NCBI GenBank assembly: GCA_045600905.1 | Contig: JAZRYT010000054.1 | Location: 2,053-66,052, forward strand | Direction: 5' to 3' | Length of the DNA: 64,000 bases | DNA from: Bacteroidales bacterium | GTDB lineage: Bacteria; Bacteroidota; Bacteroidia; Bacteroidales; WCHB1-69 | In this document: piece by piece, positions 31,589 through 40,994 of the stretch | Numbering within the stretch: position 1 is the stretch's first letter | Layout of the letters: every line of letters begins with the position of its first letter | Position numbers and translations under genes: made by a program | The notes under the pieces: model-generated | What the model saw: the letters and a program-made list of their open reading frames with translations, nothing else | What the model was told of the DNA's origin: nothing | Database searches by the model: none

Positions 31589-33241
31589 ATGAAAAAACTA
31601 TTTTTAATCACCTTATTTTCAATGATTTGTCTTCTTACAGCTTGTACAACAGGCTCATTTGCCTATTATGATGATATTTATTCTTCATCACAAGACGAAC
31701 AATATGTTAGACAAAATCGTACAGTTAAAAGCACGGAATTACAACCTGATTCCATCATATACGAGTATGATGAAGCAGGTAATCTGCTGGACACCAAAAC
31801 GTATTATCCTGGGATTTCCGAACCGGTCATAGAATATTCTGAAGGTTCAACCAATGGGAACACTTACATCTCAAATTACAACTCCTACTATGATGACGAC
31901 GACTATTACGATTATTACTATACTTCAAGAATACGCCGTTTTCATAGTGACGTTTATTGCGGATGGGGGTATTACGATCCCTATTTTACCAACTTATATT
32001 GGTATGACCGTTGTCCTTCCTCATGGGGCCTAAGTATCTATCTCGGCTACAATTGGTGTTGGCCGTCAGTGTATTATCGTCCATATTACTCTGGATACGG
32101 ATGGTACGATTACGGTTTTTCATTCGGTTGGGGATGGTCCTGCTACAACCCTTATCACTACGGCTATTGGGGATACTACAATCCTTGGTATAACCATCAC
32201 TATGACTTTATGGCTGTAAATTATTATCACAACAATTTCGACCATAACAACTCCTATTATTATGGTCATCGTAACAATGTCACCCCATCTTTAGGCTACA
32301 ACAATTCCGACAGAGGAGATCGTCCTAGCGACTATGACCATCCTAACTACGGTAACAACGACAACGACAACAGATACTCCACCATAGCATCTTCTCCTAC
32401 AAGCTTCAACCAACAATACAACAATTTAGCAGCCAATTATTCCACTAGCGGGGCTTCAACATCTCAAGTTGGACAATCTACAGCTTCCTCAAAAACGACT
32501 AACAAACCGAGTGTTATCAACGCAACACCGATAAACCACACTAATTCAACAAACAAGCCCTCTACACAAACATCCTCAACAATTTCCAACCAGACATCCA
32601 CCAGACCCACCGCCCAAGAATCACACGCTTCCGCCCAACAAAGTACAATATCACCCACAACGGCTTCGAAGCCCAATACTATTTCTACTACCAGACCTAC
32701 CTCCGCTTCCCAAAGCACATCAGTTCAGTCCAACACTCCTTCAAATAACAAGCCTGTCACTATTTCTAGAACAATTAACACTAATAATTCCTCATATACC
32801 CGTCCAACTCAATCATCCTCATCGGTCAACAGACCCAATTCTCAAAATTCAACAAACAGACAAAGTTCATCTTACGCTCATCCAAACTCAAGCTCTTCAT
32901 CACCTTCCAGACAAGGTTCATCCTATTCTCATCCAAGTTCATCCAACAATTCTTATTCAAGACCAAGTTCAACATCATCCTCAAGACCTAGTTCCAGTTC
33001 TTCAAACTACAGGCCGAGTTCGTCATCCTATTCTCGACCAAGCTCATCTAGCAGTTCATATTCAAGGCCGAGTTCAACTTCTTCACCAAGAACAAGTTCT
33101 TCGTCATACTCGCGTCCAAGTTCGTCCTCTTCTTCATACTCCAGACCCAGTTCGTCAAGCAGTTCATATCATAGCAGCGGTTCCTATTCGTCTGGTTCAT
33201 CCCATAGCAGTAGTTCTTCTCGCAGCAGCAGTCACAGATAA
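31589..33241 (+). CDS. Lipoprotein with Tyr/Trp/Gly-rich block and Ser/Thr/Pro/Asn-rich repetitive tail (unknown function)
   Basis: ATG at 31589 is preceded by AAGGAGG (31577-31583). Lipobox [19 protein letters not shown]. Extreme amino-acid composition (see findings). Confidence 0.75.
   Translation: MKKLFLITLFSMICLLTACTTGSFAYYDDIYSSSQDEQYVRQNRTVKSTELQPDSIIYEYDEAGNLLDTKTYYPGISEPVIEYSEGSTNGNTYISNYNSYYDDDDYYDYYYTSRIRRFHSDVYCGWGYYDPYFTNLYWYDRCPSSWGLSIYLGYNWCWPSVYYRPYYSGYGWYDYGFSFGWGWSCYNPYHYGYWGYYNPWYNHHYDFMAVNYYHNNFDHNNSYYYGHRNNVTPSLGYNNSDRGDRPSDYDHPNYGNNDNDNRYSTIASSPTSFNQQYNNLAANYSTSGASTSQVGQSTASSKTTNKPSVINATPINHTNSTNKPSTQTSSTISNQTSTRPTAQESHASAQQSTISPTTASKPNTISTTRPTSASQSTSVQSNTPSNNKPVTISRTINTNNSSYTRPTQSSSSVNRPNSQNSTNRQSSSYAHPNSSSSSPSRQGSSYSHPSSSNNSYSRPSSTSSSRPSSSSSNYRPSSSSYSRPSSSSSSYSRPSSTSSPRTSSSSYSRPSSSSSSYSRPSSSSSSYHSSGSYSSGSSHSSSSSRSSSHR
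32951..33171 (+). repeat. Protein-level tandem repeat (S)YSRPSS(S/T)n, about 7 units
   Basis: The sequence reads [73 protein letters not shown]. The units use different synonymous Ser/Arg/Pro codons. Confidence 0.85.
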
Positions 33242-33265
33242 TTTTCAACTCTAAAACAAACTCCT

Positions 33266-34732
33266 ATGAAAAAAATTTGGTTCATCGTCCTATTCATAAG
33301 CGCATCATTTTCAATATTTGCGCAAGGGTCATACGAAGCTTTTCGTTTTTCCCAAATTGACTATACAGGTACAGCCCGATATTTGGGAGCAGGCGGCGCA
33401 TTCGGTGCAACCGGTGGAGAGTTTTCCGCATTGAGCTATAATCCCGCAGCCGTAGGTCTCTACAAAAGACACGAATTTTCCTTCACTCCTATGACATTAT
33501 CCTTTTACAAGGACAACACACTTTATAATGGTACAAACAGCTACACTCAAAATCCGAAATACACTGTTAACCAATGCGGTTTAGTTATTGCTAATCCCAT
33601 AGCGAACTCAGAATGGAAGACGTGGCAATTTGCCTTTGGTTACAATCGAATTATGGATTTCAACAATGTTTTCCGCGCACAAGGGCCAAACCACTCCTCC
33701 TTTATAGATCCTATTCTCGCTTCCGCAAATGGGACATCATATCAGAACCTCACTTATGATGCTGACATTGCTTGGGACAGTTGGCTTATCGACACAGTAC
33801 GCGGATATAATTCTCTATATTTTAGTCCTTTCCATGACAAAGATTTGGAGCAGACCGCCGTTGTCAAACAATCTGGTGCTATCGATGAAATGACAATCAC
33901 TTTTGGTGGCAACTATAACGACAAGCTCTACATTGGTGGAGGTATCGGAATCCCTATTTTGGATTATACAGAACACACATCTTTCTCTGAAATAGCTGCT
34001 GACGGTGCCCCTATTCAAGGAATCACAGATTACTCTGTAATAACACACCAAAACGACAGAGGGGCCGGCATCAATGCGAAAATCGGTATTATTTACCAAC
34101 CCGTCAACTTTTTAAGACTCAATTTTGCGATTCAAACACCTACCTATTATTGGAAAATAAGGGATTCATACTCTAGAGAAATGATTTCCTACTGGGTCGG
34201 AGCAAACAACCAGCAGGGAAGTTACGACAGCAAGTACAATTTCTCTCTGACTACTCCTTTTAGATTCAATGCCGGTCTTTCATTTATTATCAACAAACGT
34301 GCTTTTATCGATGCAGAATACGAAATGAGCGACTATGGTATGGCTACTCTATTAGCTAATGACTATAGTTTCACCTTTGAGAATGAAGACATTCGCAACC
34401 GATACGGTGCCTGCCACACTTTCCGTGTAGGAGGTGAAGTGAATCTTTCTTCCCATTTCGCTTTACGCGCCGGGTACAACTACAAATCTTCGCCATACTT
34501 GAAATCAAGCGGCACAAGCAACACGACATTCAATGCCTCAGCTCATTATGGGTCAATAGGTTTTGGATTCCGATCCAAAGTTTTCTTTGCTGACTTGGCA
34601 TACGTTCTACGATACTGCAATGACGCATATACACTATACGATTGCTCATTCTCCGGATCATATAGCAATACTACAGCTGAAATCAAAAGCACCACCCATA
34701 GAGTTGTAGCAACAATCGGCTGCAAATTCTAA
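33266..34732 (+). CDS. Outer-membrane beta-barrel protein, FadL/TodX/PorV-like (family assignment tentative)
   Basis: Signal peptide MKKIWFIVLFISASFSIFAQ. N-terminal GTARYLGAGGAFGATGGEFSALSYNPAAVGLY. Alternating beta-strand pattern. C-terminal ...ATIGCKF ends in Phe. Confidence 0.65.
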   Translation: MKKIWFIVLFISASFSIFAQGSYEAFRFSQIDYTGTARYLGAGGAFGATGGEFSALSYNPAAVGLYKRHEFSFTPMTLSFYKDNTLYNGTNSYTQNPKYTVNQCGLVIANPIANSEWKTWQFAFGYNRIMDFNNVFRAQGPNHSSFIDPILASANGTSYQNLTYDADIAWDSWLIDTVRGYNSLYFSPFHDKDLEQTAVVKQSGAIDEMTITFGGNYNDKLYIGGGIGIPILDYTEHTSFSEIAADGAPIQGITDYSVITHQNDRGAGINAKIGIIYQPVNFLRLNFAIQTPTYYWKIRDSYSREMISYWVGANNQQGSYDSKYNFSLTTPFRFNAGLSFIINKRAFIDAEYEMSDYGMATLLANDYSFTFENEDIRNRYGACHTFRVGGEVNLSSHFALRAGYNYKSSPYLKSSGTSNTTFNASAHYGSIGFGFRSKVFFADLAYVLRYCNDAYTLYDCSFSGSYSNTTAEIKSTTHRVVATIGCKF

Positions 34733-34738
34733 CCAAAT

Positions 34739-35521
34739 ATGAAGAATTATCTTCTTTTATTCATACTCACCTTCGCTCTTGGCACCATTTGTGCGCAAGA
34801 GCGTTCTTCTTATATCAATAAGAAATTCGATCATTTTACAATTGATATATTAGATAACTTATATGGATGGAGAGGTGATATCCTAGAAAAATACTCTCCA
34901 AATGGTGAACTGACAGCCTCCTACAGCGATCGTTCTTTGGGTTCGATTTCTCACGTTGATGCCAGTATTCCTTCTAAAATATTAGTTTTTTATCAAGAAA
35001 CAGGAACAATACTTTTATTAGACAACAAGCTAACACCCGTTGGGAACATTCTAAATATTTTTGATAAAGATCTTTTTTCCGTTTCATTGGCTGCTATTTC
35101 AAATCCAAATTCAATATCATTATATGATTTTTCTTCTCAGAGTCTTATCATTTCAGATTTTGATCTAAATATAACTCACTCTACGCCATGCAATTTCAGC
35201 AAGAATTTTTCGCCAAACCACATCTCCACACTTTTAGATAATAAGATTCTCCTATCCGATCCTTCAGGATTATATTTCTTTGATAAATTTGGCTCATTTG
35301 AGAGACACATCGCAATTCCCAACATCACATCTTCCCAATTAAGTAAAAACGCAATTTATTATTTACTAAACAACAAAATTCACAAATATGACACCTTATC
35401 CTTAGAAATAAGCATTATCCCCACTGAAATAGAAGACATCAAAGAATTTTACATCTCAAACAGTTTTCTGTATATACTTGATATATCTGGTACTATATAT
35501 AAATATCGAATTAGAAAATAG
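34739..35521 (+). CDS. Secreted protein of unknown function (about six degenerate 40-aa units, propeller-like)
   Basis: Signal peptide MKNYLLLFILTFALGTICAQ. Starts 6 nt after the upstream stop. No motif I can name. Confidence 0.6.
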   Translation: MKNYLLLFILTFALGTICAQERSSYINKKFDHFTIDILDNLYGWRGDILEKYSPNGELTASYSDRSLGSISHVDASIPSKILVFYQETGTILLLDNKLTPVGNILNIFDKDLFSVSLAAISNPNSISLYDFSSQSLIISDFDLNITHSTPCNFSKNFSPNHISTLLDNKILLSDPSGLYFFDKFGSFERHIAIPNITSSQLSKNAIYYLLNNKIHKYDTLSLEISIIPTEIEDIKEFYISNSFLYILDISGTIYKYRIRK

Positions 35522-35529
35522 AGAAAAAT

Positions 35530-36798
35530 ATGAAATTTTTGAAAAAGATATTCGTCATTTTAATAATTACAGCAAGCACCTCCAATATCTTTGCTTCGTA
35601 TATCCTTATTCCGATGGACCTAGAGCAGTCAAATCACCTAAAAGCATACGGAATAGCATACTACGCAGTATCTAATCAAATCGATATGAGTTGGCTTTTA
35701 AATTATCGTGGAGGTAGTTTTATGTGCCAATACAATTCAAATATTGAAAACGAATGTGCTATTCGAGGAGTATCCTATCAGGTAATAGCAGACATTCAAG
35801 CTCAGAGCATCCTCGCTGAAATATCCGCTGTAGAAAACAATATGAACGAGGTCAGGCTGACCAAAGAGCCTAAAATCGCCGTGTATTCGCCCAAAAACAA
35901 ACTTCCCTGGGATGATGCTGTTACTTTAGTTTTAACTTACGCAGAAATCCCCTATACAGTGATATATGATGAAGAAGTCATCCATGGTGAACTTCCAAAA
36001 TATGATTGGCTTCATCTTCACCACGAAGATTTCACGGGACAATATGGGAAATTCTGGGCAAACTTTCGCAACGCCAAATGGTATCAAGATGATGTTAAAG
36101 AGCAAGAAAAAAGAGCCGCTCAATTAGGATTTGCCAAAGTTTCACAAATGAAATTAGCCGTTGCCAAAGGAATACGAGATTTTGTTTCTGGCGGTGGATA
36201 TCTTTTTGCAATGTGTTCTGGTCCTGATAGTTACGACATTGCTCTTGCTGCAGAGGGAATTGACATTTGTGATGTTATGTTTGATGGAGATCCTATGGAT
36301 CCTCAAGCTCAAAGCAAACTGAATTTTGACAACTGCTTTGCCTTTACAAATTTCACCATTGAAACAAATCCTTTCGTTTACGAAGTATCCAACATTGATG
36401 TAGAACCCACCAAACACATGACTAATAAGAGCAATGATTATTTCACATTATTTGACTTTTCTGCCAAATGGGATCCTGTTCCCACAATGTTGTGTCAAAA
36501 TCATTTAAAAGTCATTCCCGGTTTTATGGGACAGACAACGGCTTTTCGAAAAGAGCTCATCAAGCCCACAGTAACTATTATGGGGGAAGCTCAGCAATTC
36601 AATGAGGCCAGGTATATTCACGGAGAATATGGGAAAGGAACTTGGACTTTTTATTCCGGTCACGATCCCGAAGATTATCAACACTTAGTAAATGATCCGC
36701 CAACGGATTTGGATTTATTTCCTAACTCGGCAGGATATAGATTGATTCTCAACAACGTTCTTTTCCCTGCAGCCAAGAAACAACAGCAAAAGACATAA
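35530..36798 (+). CDS. Secreted protein of unknown function (possible class I glutamine-amidotransferase-like fold; the family is often mislabelled asparagine synthetase B)
   Basis: Signal peptide present. N-terminal LIPMDLEQSNHLKAYGIAYYAV. Nucleophile-elbow-like GGGYLFAMCSGPD. The family label is from memory only. Confidence 0.6.
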   Translation: MKFLKKIFVILIITASTSNIFASYILIPMDLEQSNHLKAYGIAYYAVSNQIDMSWLLNYRGGSFMCQYNSNIENECAIRGVSYQVIADIQAQSILAEISAVENNMNEVRLTKEPKIAVYSPKNKLPWDDAVTLVLTYAEIPYTVIYDEEVIHGELPKYDWLHLHHEDFTGQYGKFWANFRNAKWYQDDVKEQEKRAAQLGFAKVSQMKLAVAKGIRDFVSGGGYLFAMCSGPDSYDIALAAEGIDICDVMFDGDPMDPQAQSKLNFDNCFAFTNFTIETNPFVYEVSNIDVEPTKHMTNKSNDYFTLFDFSAKWDPVPTMLCQNHLKVIPGFMGQTTAFRKELIKPTVTIMGEAQQFNEARYIHGEYGKGTWTFYSGHDPEDYQHLVNDPPTDLDLFPNSAGYRLILNNVLFPAAKKQQQKT

Positions 36799-36826
36799 AA
36801 GAAGGTGCTTTTATAGCACCTTCTTT
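36798..36826. terminator. Bidirectional hairpin terminator between convergent genes
   Basis: AAAGAAGGTGC (36798-36808) pairs with GCACCTTCTTT (36816-36826) across a 7-nt loop. It is flanked by A/T runs and sits between the 36798 stop (+) and the udk stop (-). Confidence 0.65.
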
Positions 36827-36828
36827 TA

Positions 36829-37440
36829 TTATAGCCCTATAGTTTGTTTGATTTTAGAAGTTAGTATGTCGATACCTTTTTCATTATATCCACCAATTGG
36901 GATAATAATATCTGCCAAACGTTTTGAAGGTTCGATAAATAATTCATGCATCGGCTTGACAAAATTCTGATAATGAACTATTGACTTATCCAATCCTCGC
37001 CCACGTTCAATCACATCTCGTTGAATTATTCTAATCAGGCGTTCATCAGCATCTGTATCCACAAAGACTTTCAAATCAAGAATCTCGCATAATTCTCTAT
37101 TTGAGAAGATCAAAATACCTTCAACTATCAACACGTCACAAGGCAAGATCTTCACCGTATCCACACCACGTCCGCACGTCACATACGAATATGTAGGCAT
37201 ATCGACTGACATACCATTTTTAAGCATATTGATATGCTTTATCAATAAAGGCCATTCTATGGCATCGGGATGATCAAAATTTATTTTTTCTTTCTCTTCC
37301 TGAGGCAGCATCCCATTATCCCTATAATATGCATCTTGAGATAATACACTGATACACTCTTCCGGAATACTATTCATTATTTTTTTCACAACGGAAGTTT
37401 TTCCCGAGCCAGATCCTCCCGCAATTCCAATTACTAACAT
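36829..37440 (-). CDS. udk: Uridine kinase
   Basis: MLVIGIAGGSGSGKTSV P-loop and a Udk-like core (FDHPDAIEW, VLIVEGILIF, DTDADERLIRIIQRD). The ATG at 37438-37440 is used. The longer track ORF runs through the tRNA gene. Confidence 0.92.
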   Translation of the reverse strand: MLVIGIAGGSGSGKTSVVKKIMNSIPEECISVLSQDAYYRDNGMLPQEEKEKINFDHPDAIEWPLLIKHINMLKNGMSVDMPTYSYVTCGRGVDTVKILPCDVLIVEGILIFSNRELCEILDLKVFVDTDADERLIRIIQRDVIERGRGLDKSIVHYQNFVKPMHELFIEPSKRLADIIIPIGGYNEKGIDILTSKIKQTIGL

Positions 37441-37507
37441 AGGTAAACTATTGATTAAAGAGTGACAATAAAAAGACAATCCAATATACCCCCACATAGG
37501 AGGCAAA

Positions 37508-37533
37508 CAAAAAAACACGCCTTTCAGCGTGTT
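37508..37533 (-). terminator. Rho-independent terminator after tRNA-Gln
   Basis: AACACGC (37514-37520) pairs with GCGTGTT (37527-37533) across a 6-nt loop. TTTTTTTG follows on the minus strand. Confidence 0.6.
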
Positions 37534-37539
37534 AACTTG

Positions 37540-37610
37540 TTGCCCTGATAGGACTCGAACCCATACAAACAGAACCAGAATCTGCTGTGCTACCATTACA
37601 CCACAAGGCA
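37540..37610 (-). tRNA. tRNA-Gln (anticodon CTG)
   Basis: Hand-folded 71-nt cloverleaf. Acceptor TGCCTTG/CAGGGCA with the U1-A72 pair typical of tRNA-Gln. D-loop AATGGTA. Anticodon stem GCAGA/TCTGT with loop TTCTGGT. T-arm ATGGG-TTCGAGT-CCTAT. No encoded CCA. Confidence 0.92.
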
Positions 37611-37626
37611 AAATGTTTGAGCGCGG

Positions 37627-37634
37627 CAAAAATA
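37627..37634 (-). promoter_or_regulatory. Candidate -7 box (TATTTTTG) for tRNA-Gln
   Basis: Exact TAnnTTTG match on the minus strand, ending 16 nt upstream of the mature tRNA 5' end. Confidence 0.5.
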
Positions 37635-37674
37635 AACTTTTTTTCGAATCGCGCTCAAACTTCTGGAAAATTTT

Positions 37675-38805
37675 TTATGCTACAAAAAGGACCTCATACC
37701 AAAGATAACCATTTACTATAACTTCCTTATAATAAACATTATCAACTTTAAAATAGACTCTTCCTTCCAACACAATGATCTGATAGTTACTCGGCAATTC
37801 TGCTATTCTAGCTCCAATAGGAGGGGCAACAACCACATAATCTTGGTGTCTTGGCAAATAAAAAGTACCATCATCATAATAATATCTTGTGTTGTTATAG
37901 ACCACTATTACAGGACGCCAGGTGTGGAATATAGCGTGTGCAATAACGGCTCCAAGCGGGGGACGGCAAATCACATAAAATCCATTCATCATTGTGCAAA
38001 AGACACCATTGTAGAAATAGTAGGGAATGCCACCGTAGTGAATCGGCTGAATTCTTGAAGGAACCGTAATGTGACCTCCAAAGTTGTGAGAGTTCGGGTG
38101 CATATATGGAGATGCTCCATTGTGACCGGGAAGATAACGTTTCGCATCAGCATCGCCAGAAGGAGCCAATTGCGGAGCTGGAGTTCCAGCACCATCATAG
38201 CCTCTCTTTGCCATAGCAGAAGATGTATTAGCAGCCGATGTGGAAGTAGATGCTGTGTTTTGGACTTTTGCTGTTGAAGTAGTTCCACTAGTTGAAGAGG
38301 CCACAGATGATGACGCAGAAGAAGAAGTTGAAGATGGCTTCGTTGTAGTTTTATTTACAGTGGAACTGCTAACAGGTTTCGTGCTAGTAGCAGATGAAGA
38401 TGCAGCAGTATTGGGCTTTGTTGCTGTTGAACTGCTTGTAGGGCGATTAGTACTTGTTGAAGCGGAAGAAGACGAACTCGGTCTAGCAACCGCTGTACTG
38501 GAAGAAGGCTTTGCTGAACTCGAAGATGTCGTCGTACGAGTAACTGTTGAGGCAGCAGCCGGTTTTGTATTTCTTGACGAAGTACTAGAAGGCGTAGCAC
38601 TTACTGAAGATTGAGCTCTTTGATAACTGCTATTAGCCTTGCTCATTTGAGTATCTCCTTTTTTCATCTGTCTATCTGCAGTGGAGACAGAGCTTTGAGC
38701 TTTACTGCTAGACGACGGCGTTCTTGAAACAGGAGTCTGTCCAAAAGCACTCGTAGAGAGACCTACAATGCTTAATACGCTTAAAATAACAATTAACTTT
38801 TTCAT
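37675..38805 (-). CDS. Secreted Ser/Thr/Ala-rich protein with Tyr-rich C-terminal domain (unknown function)
   Basis: Signal peptide MKKLIVILSVLSIVGLSTSAFGQ. About 190 aa of S/T/A/P low complexity. C-terminal YYFYNG...YYYDDGTFY...VYFKVDNVYYKEV domain. Confidence 0.7.
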   Translation of the reverse strand: MKKLIVILSVLSIVGLSTSAFGQTPVSRTPSSSSKAQSSVSTADRQMKKGDTQMSKANSSYQRAQSSVSATPSSTSSRNTKPAAASTVTRTTTSSSSAKPSSSTAVARPSSSSSASTSTNRPTSSSTATKPNTAASSSATSTKPVSSSTVNKTTTKPSSTSSSASSSVASSTSGTTSTAKVQNTASTSTSAANTSSAMAKRGYDGAGTPAPQLAPSGDADAKRYLPGHNGASPYMHPNSHNFGGHITVPSRIQPIHYGGIPYYFYNGVFCTMMNGFYVICRPPLGAVIAHAIFHTWRPVIVVYNNTRYYYDDGTFYLPRHQDYVVVAPPIGARIAELPSNYQIIVLEGRVYFKVDNVYYKEVIVNGYLWYEVLFVA

Positions 38806-38865
38806 AATAGTGGTTTTTTTAAGTTACGAAAAACAAGTGATAAGACAACAATAGAAGTCAATCGT

Positions 38866-40968
38866 TTAACGATACACAACAAATTTCTTTTTGATTGTTG
38901 AACTTTGATTCTGACCAATTAGATAATATACGCCATTCCGGAGATTTTGAACATTCAGCACACACTTTGTTCCTTGAATATTCCAATCAACATTTATTTG
39001 TCGTCCAGCGCAATCAAAAATCCGCATATCACTCAAATCTAATATCTCCGGGAATTGGACAAATAGTTTACTGTCAGCAGGATTTGGAAAAACATTAATA
39101 GATTCATCCTCAAAATCTTGAACGCCTGCAGCAGTATCCGTAGTCCAAGAGAGCGTAAAGCCGTCTCCATTCAAATAATTATCCGTCACAAACATTATTT
39201 CTATATAATTTGTGTTAAAAATTTCCGGTTCAGGAATCTCATTCCCAGAATATGATGCCATAAGAACTTGAGGAAACATTTTCCAATTATATACACGTAA
39301 TTCGTCCTCTGGACTTATTCCTAATTCAGAAAAGGAAATTTTTATTTTTTCAGCTTCAGAAACTCGGATTTTCCAAAAGCAATTCATATTATCACCATAC
39401 TGATTATTACCGCTACCATCGGATATTGTACCTGTAGGCGTATAAAACACATTCGAATTACAAACATCAACAGCCCTTTCAACTTCAAAATCGAATCTCC
39501 AACCTTTAGCGGTGATGGAATCATCCGTTACAAAAGTTATATATAAACTATCCACATCAAAGACGTATGTATCCGTTGAGAGTGATGAGCCAGAAAGTGT
39601 CAACAATTTTTGTCCATTATGGGGATTTCCATTCCAAAATGTAAGAGAATCTCGATCTACCTGTGTATCGAAATAATCAAATTTCAAATAATAGCGAATT
39701 GCCTGATCTCCTGCTATCACGTACGTACAATTCGTATTATTTTGATAATCCAGAATACTACTACCATCTTCTAAAGTTCCTTTAGAGCAAGAGATTGTTT
39801 TTGAAGTGCAAAAGTACGGATACGCCTCATCTGAAGGATAGAAATTTATTATTGTTCCTTGATAATTATCAAAGCCACCCACAGGATTAACAGCTCCACC
39901 TGTTGTACTTAAAGCATAATAGCCATTGCTACTTCCACCCCATCCAAAATTAAAATGAAAAAGGTCATCTGAATCATAGCCATCGCACACAAATGCGTGT
40001 CCACCATCTTGCGAATGACCCGAATAGTAGAGAGGATGTGCCATATCAAGTTCTTGCTTCAACAATTGTTTCCACGCAGACTCTTGATAATTATGTTTTC
40101 TTTCAAAAGAGCAACTATTACTATACCCGAAATACTGCTTAACCGCATCTGGAACCTGTTCGGAATATGCGCCTGATCCCTCAGGACTATACATCATATC
40201 AACAGCTGTAGCACAATGGAAAATCAATTTGGCGACCTCATTATTATAGAAACTCAGCTGATCTTCCATCGCTTCATAGTTATAAGTCTGTTGGGCAAAA
40301 TTCACATAATAACTATCATAATTCGAATGAGAATTGGTATGGCTTCCTCTACCATGCTCCGGATACCGATAGTAATAAAGTATTGATGCCATTGCAACGG
40401 CAACGCAACCGTTCGGTGTTCTGCCATCATAACCAGTAGGTGATTCTCTATCTATCGGAGAATATTGATTGTAATACTTAGTTTGATCCCACATAGCAGT
40501 TAGCAAAGGAGACACCACAACCGTGGTTTGGCTGTTTTTCATTCCACGCAAAGAATTCCATTCTTCAACTATAGCTTCTGTGGCAGCTATATTATTATCT
40601 CTTACATATTGAATCTCTTTTTGATACAATTCCAACCAAAAAAGAGCTCCAGGTGCCGCATTATCAAGATTCAAATCACACGTATTCGAATAAGCAAGAA
40701 CAGGCATTACCGCATCATCAGCCGAAACAACTACAAAACCAAAGTCAAAATTCAACACAGCGATCAATGGTTTTTCAACATCAGATCCCAAGAATCGAAT
40801 TTCTTTAAAATGGCAACCATCAACAGACGTCCCCATTCCAGATACTTTTTTAAAAGCCTCGATTCCAATGTTTTGCAATTCATTTTTTGGTATAGGATTA
40901 GAAAAAAGGATCATTGGGACAAGTAACAAAACCAATGCAAAATGCAAAAAAAGAAAATGATGTTTCAT
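38866..40968 (-). CDS. C10-family (streptopain/PrtT-like) cysteine peptidase with propeptide-inhibitor domain, CUB-like modules and T9SS sorting domain
   Basis: Spi-type prodomain (..LIAVLNFDFGFVVVSADDAVMPVLAYS). Catalytic Cys context NGCVAVAMASILYYY and His context GGHAFVCDGYD. Two GT(L/I)(E/S)DGS..NC modules. C-terminal INVFPNPADSKLFV...GVYYL...KKFVVYR (nt 38869-39099). Confidence 0.87.
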   Translation of the reverse strand: MKHHFLFLHFALVLLLVPMILFSNPIPKNELQNIGIEAFKKVSGMGTSVDGCHFKEIRFLGSDVEKPLIAVLNFDFGFVVVSADDAVMPVLAYSNTCDLNLDNAAPGALFWLELYQKEIQYVRDNNIAATEAIVEEWNSLRGMKNSQTTVVVSPLLTAMWDQTKYYNQYSPIDRESPTGYDGRTPNGCVAVAMASILYYYRYPEHGRGSHTNSHSNYDSYYVNFAQQTYNYEAMEDQLSFYNNEVAKLIFHCATAVDMMYSPEGSGAYSEQVPDAVKQYFGYSNSCSFERKHNYQESAWKQLLKQELDMAHPLYYSGHSQDGGHAFVCDGYDSDDLFHFNFGWGGSSNGYYALSTTGGAVNPVGGFDNYQGTIINFYPSDEAYPYFCTSKTISCSKGTLEDGSSILDYQNNTNCTYVIAGDQAIRYYLKFDYFDTQVDRDSLTFWNGNPHNGQKLLTLSGSSLSTDTYVFDVDSLYITFVTDDSITAKGWRFDFEVERAVDVCNSNVFYTPTGTISDGSGNNQYGDNMNCFWKIRVSEAEKIKISFSELGISPEDELRVYNWKMFPQVLMASYSGNEIPEPEIFNTNYIEIMFVTDNYLNGDGFTLSWTTDTAAGVQDFEDESINVFPNPADSKLFVQFPEILDLSDMRIFDCAGRQINVDWNIQGTKCVLNVQNLRNGVYYLIGQNQSSTIKKKFVVYR

Positions 40969-40986
40969 AATTTAAAAATTAGCCGG

Positions 40987-40994
40987 CAAAAGTA
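40987..40994 (-). promoter_or_regulatory. Candidate -7 box (TACTTTTG) for the C10 peptidase gene
   Basis: Exact TAnnTTTG match on the minus strand, 18 nt upstream of the ATG at 40968. Confidence 0.45.

Noticed and set aside
37441-37629. The 63-codon N-terminal extension of the udk ORF (track ORF 36829-37629).
   Set aside because: The extension runs through the tRNA-Gln gene and its terminator. The Udk P-loop starts right after the internal ATG at 37440.
38240-38614. An acidic 124-aa plus-strand ORF (and 38355-38600 and 37989-38288 on the minus strand) inside the Ser/Thr-rich gene. Similar ORFs 32464-32718 and 33048-33248 lie opposite the Ser-repeat tail.
   Set aside because: These are mirror-image or off-frame artefacts of low-complexity Ser/Thr/Ala codons. 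The signal-peptide-bearing frame is the real one.
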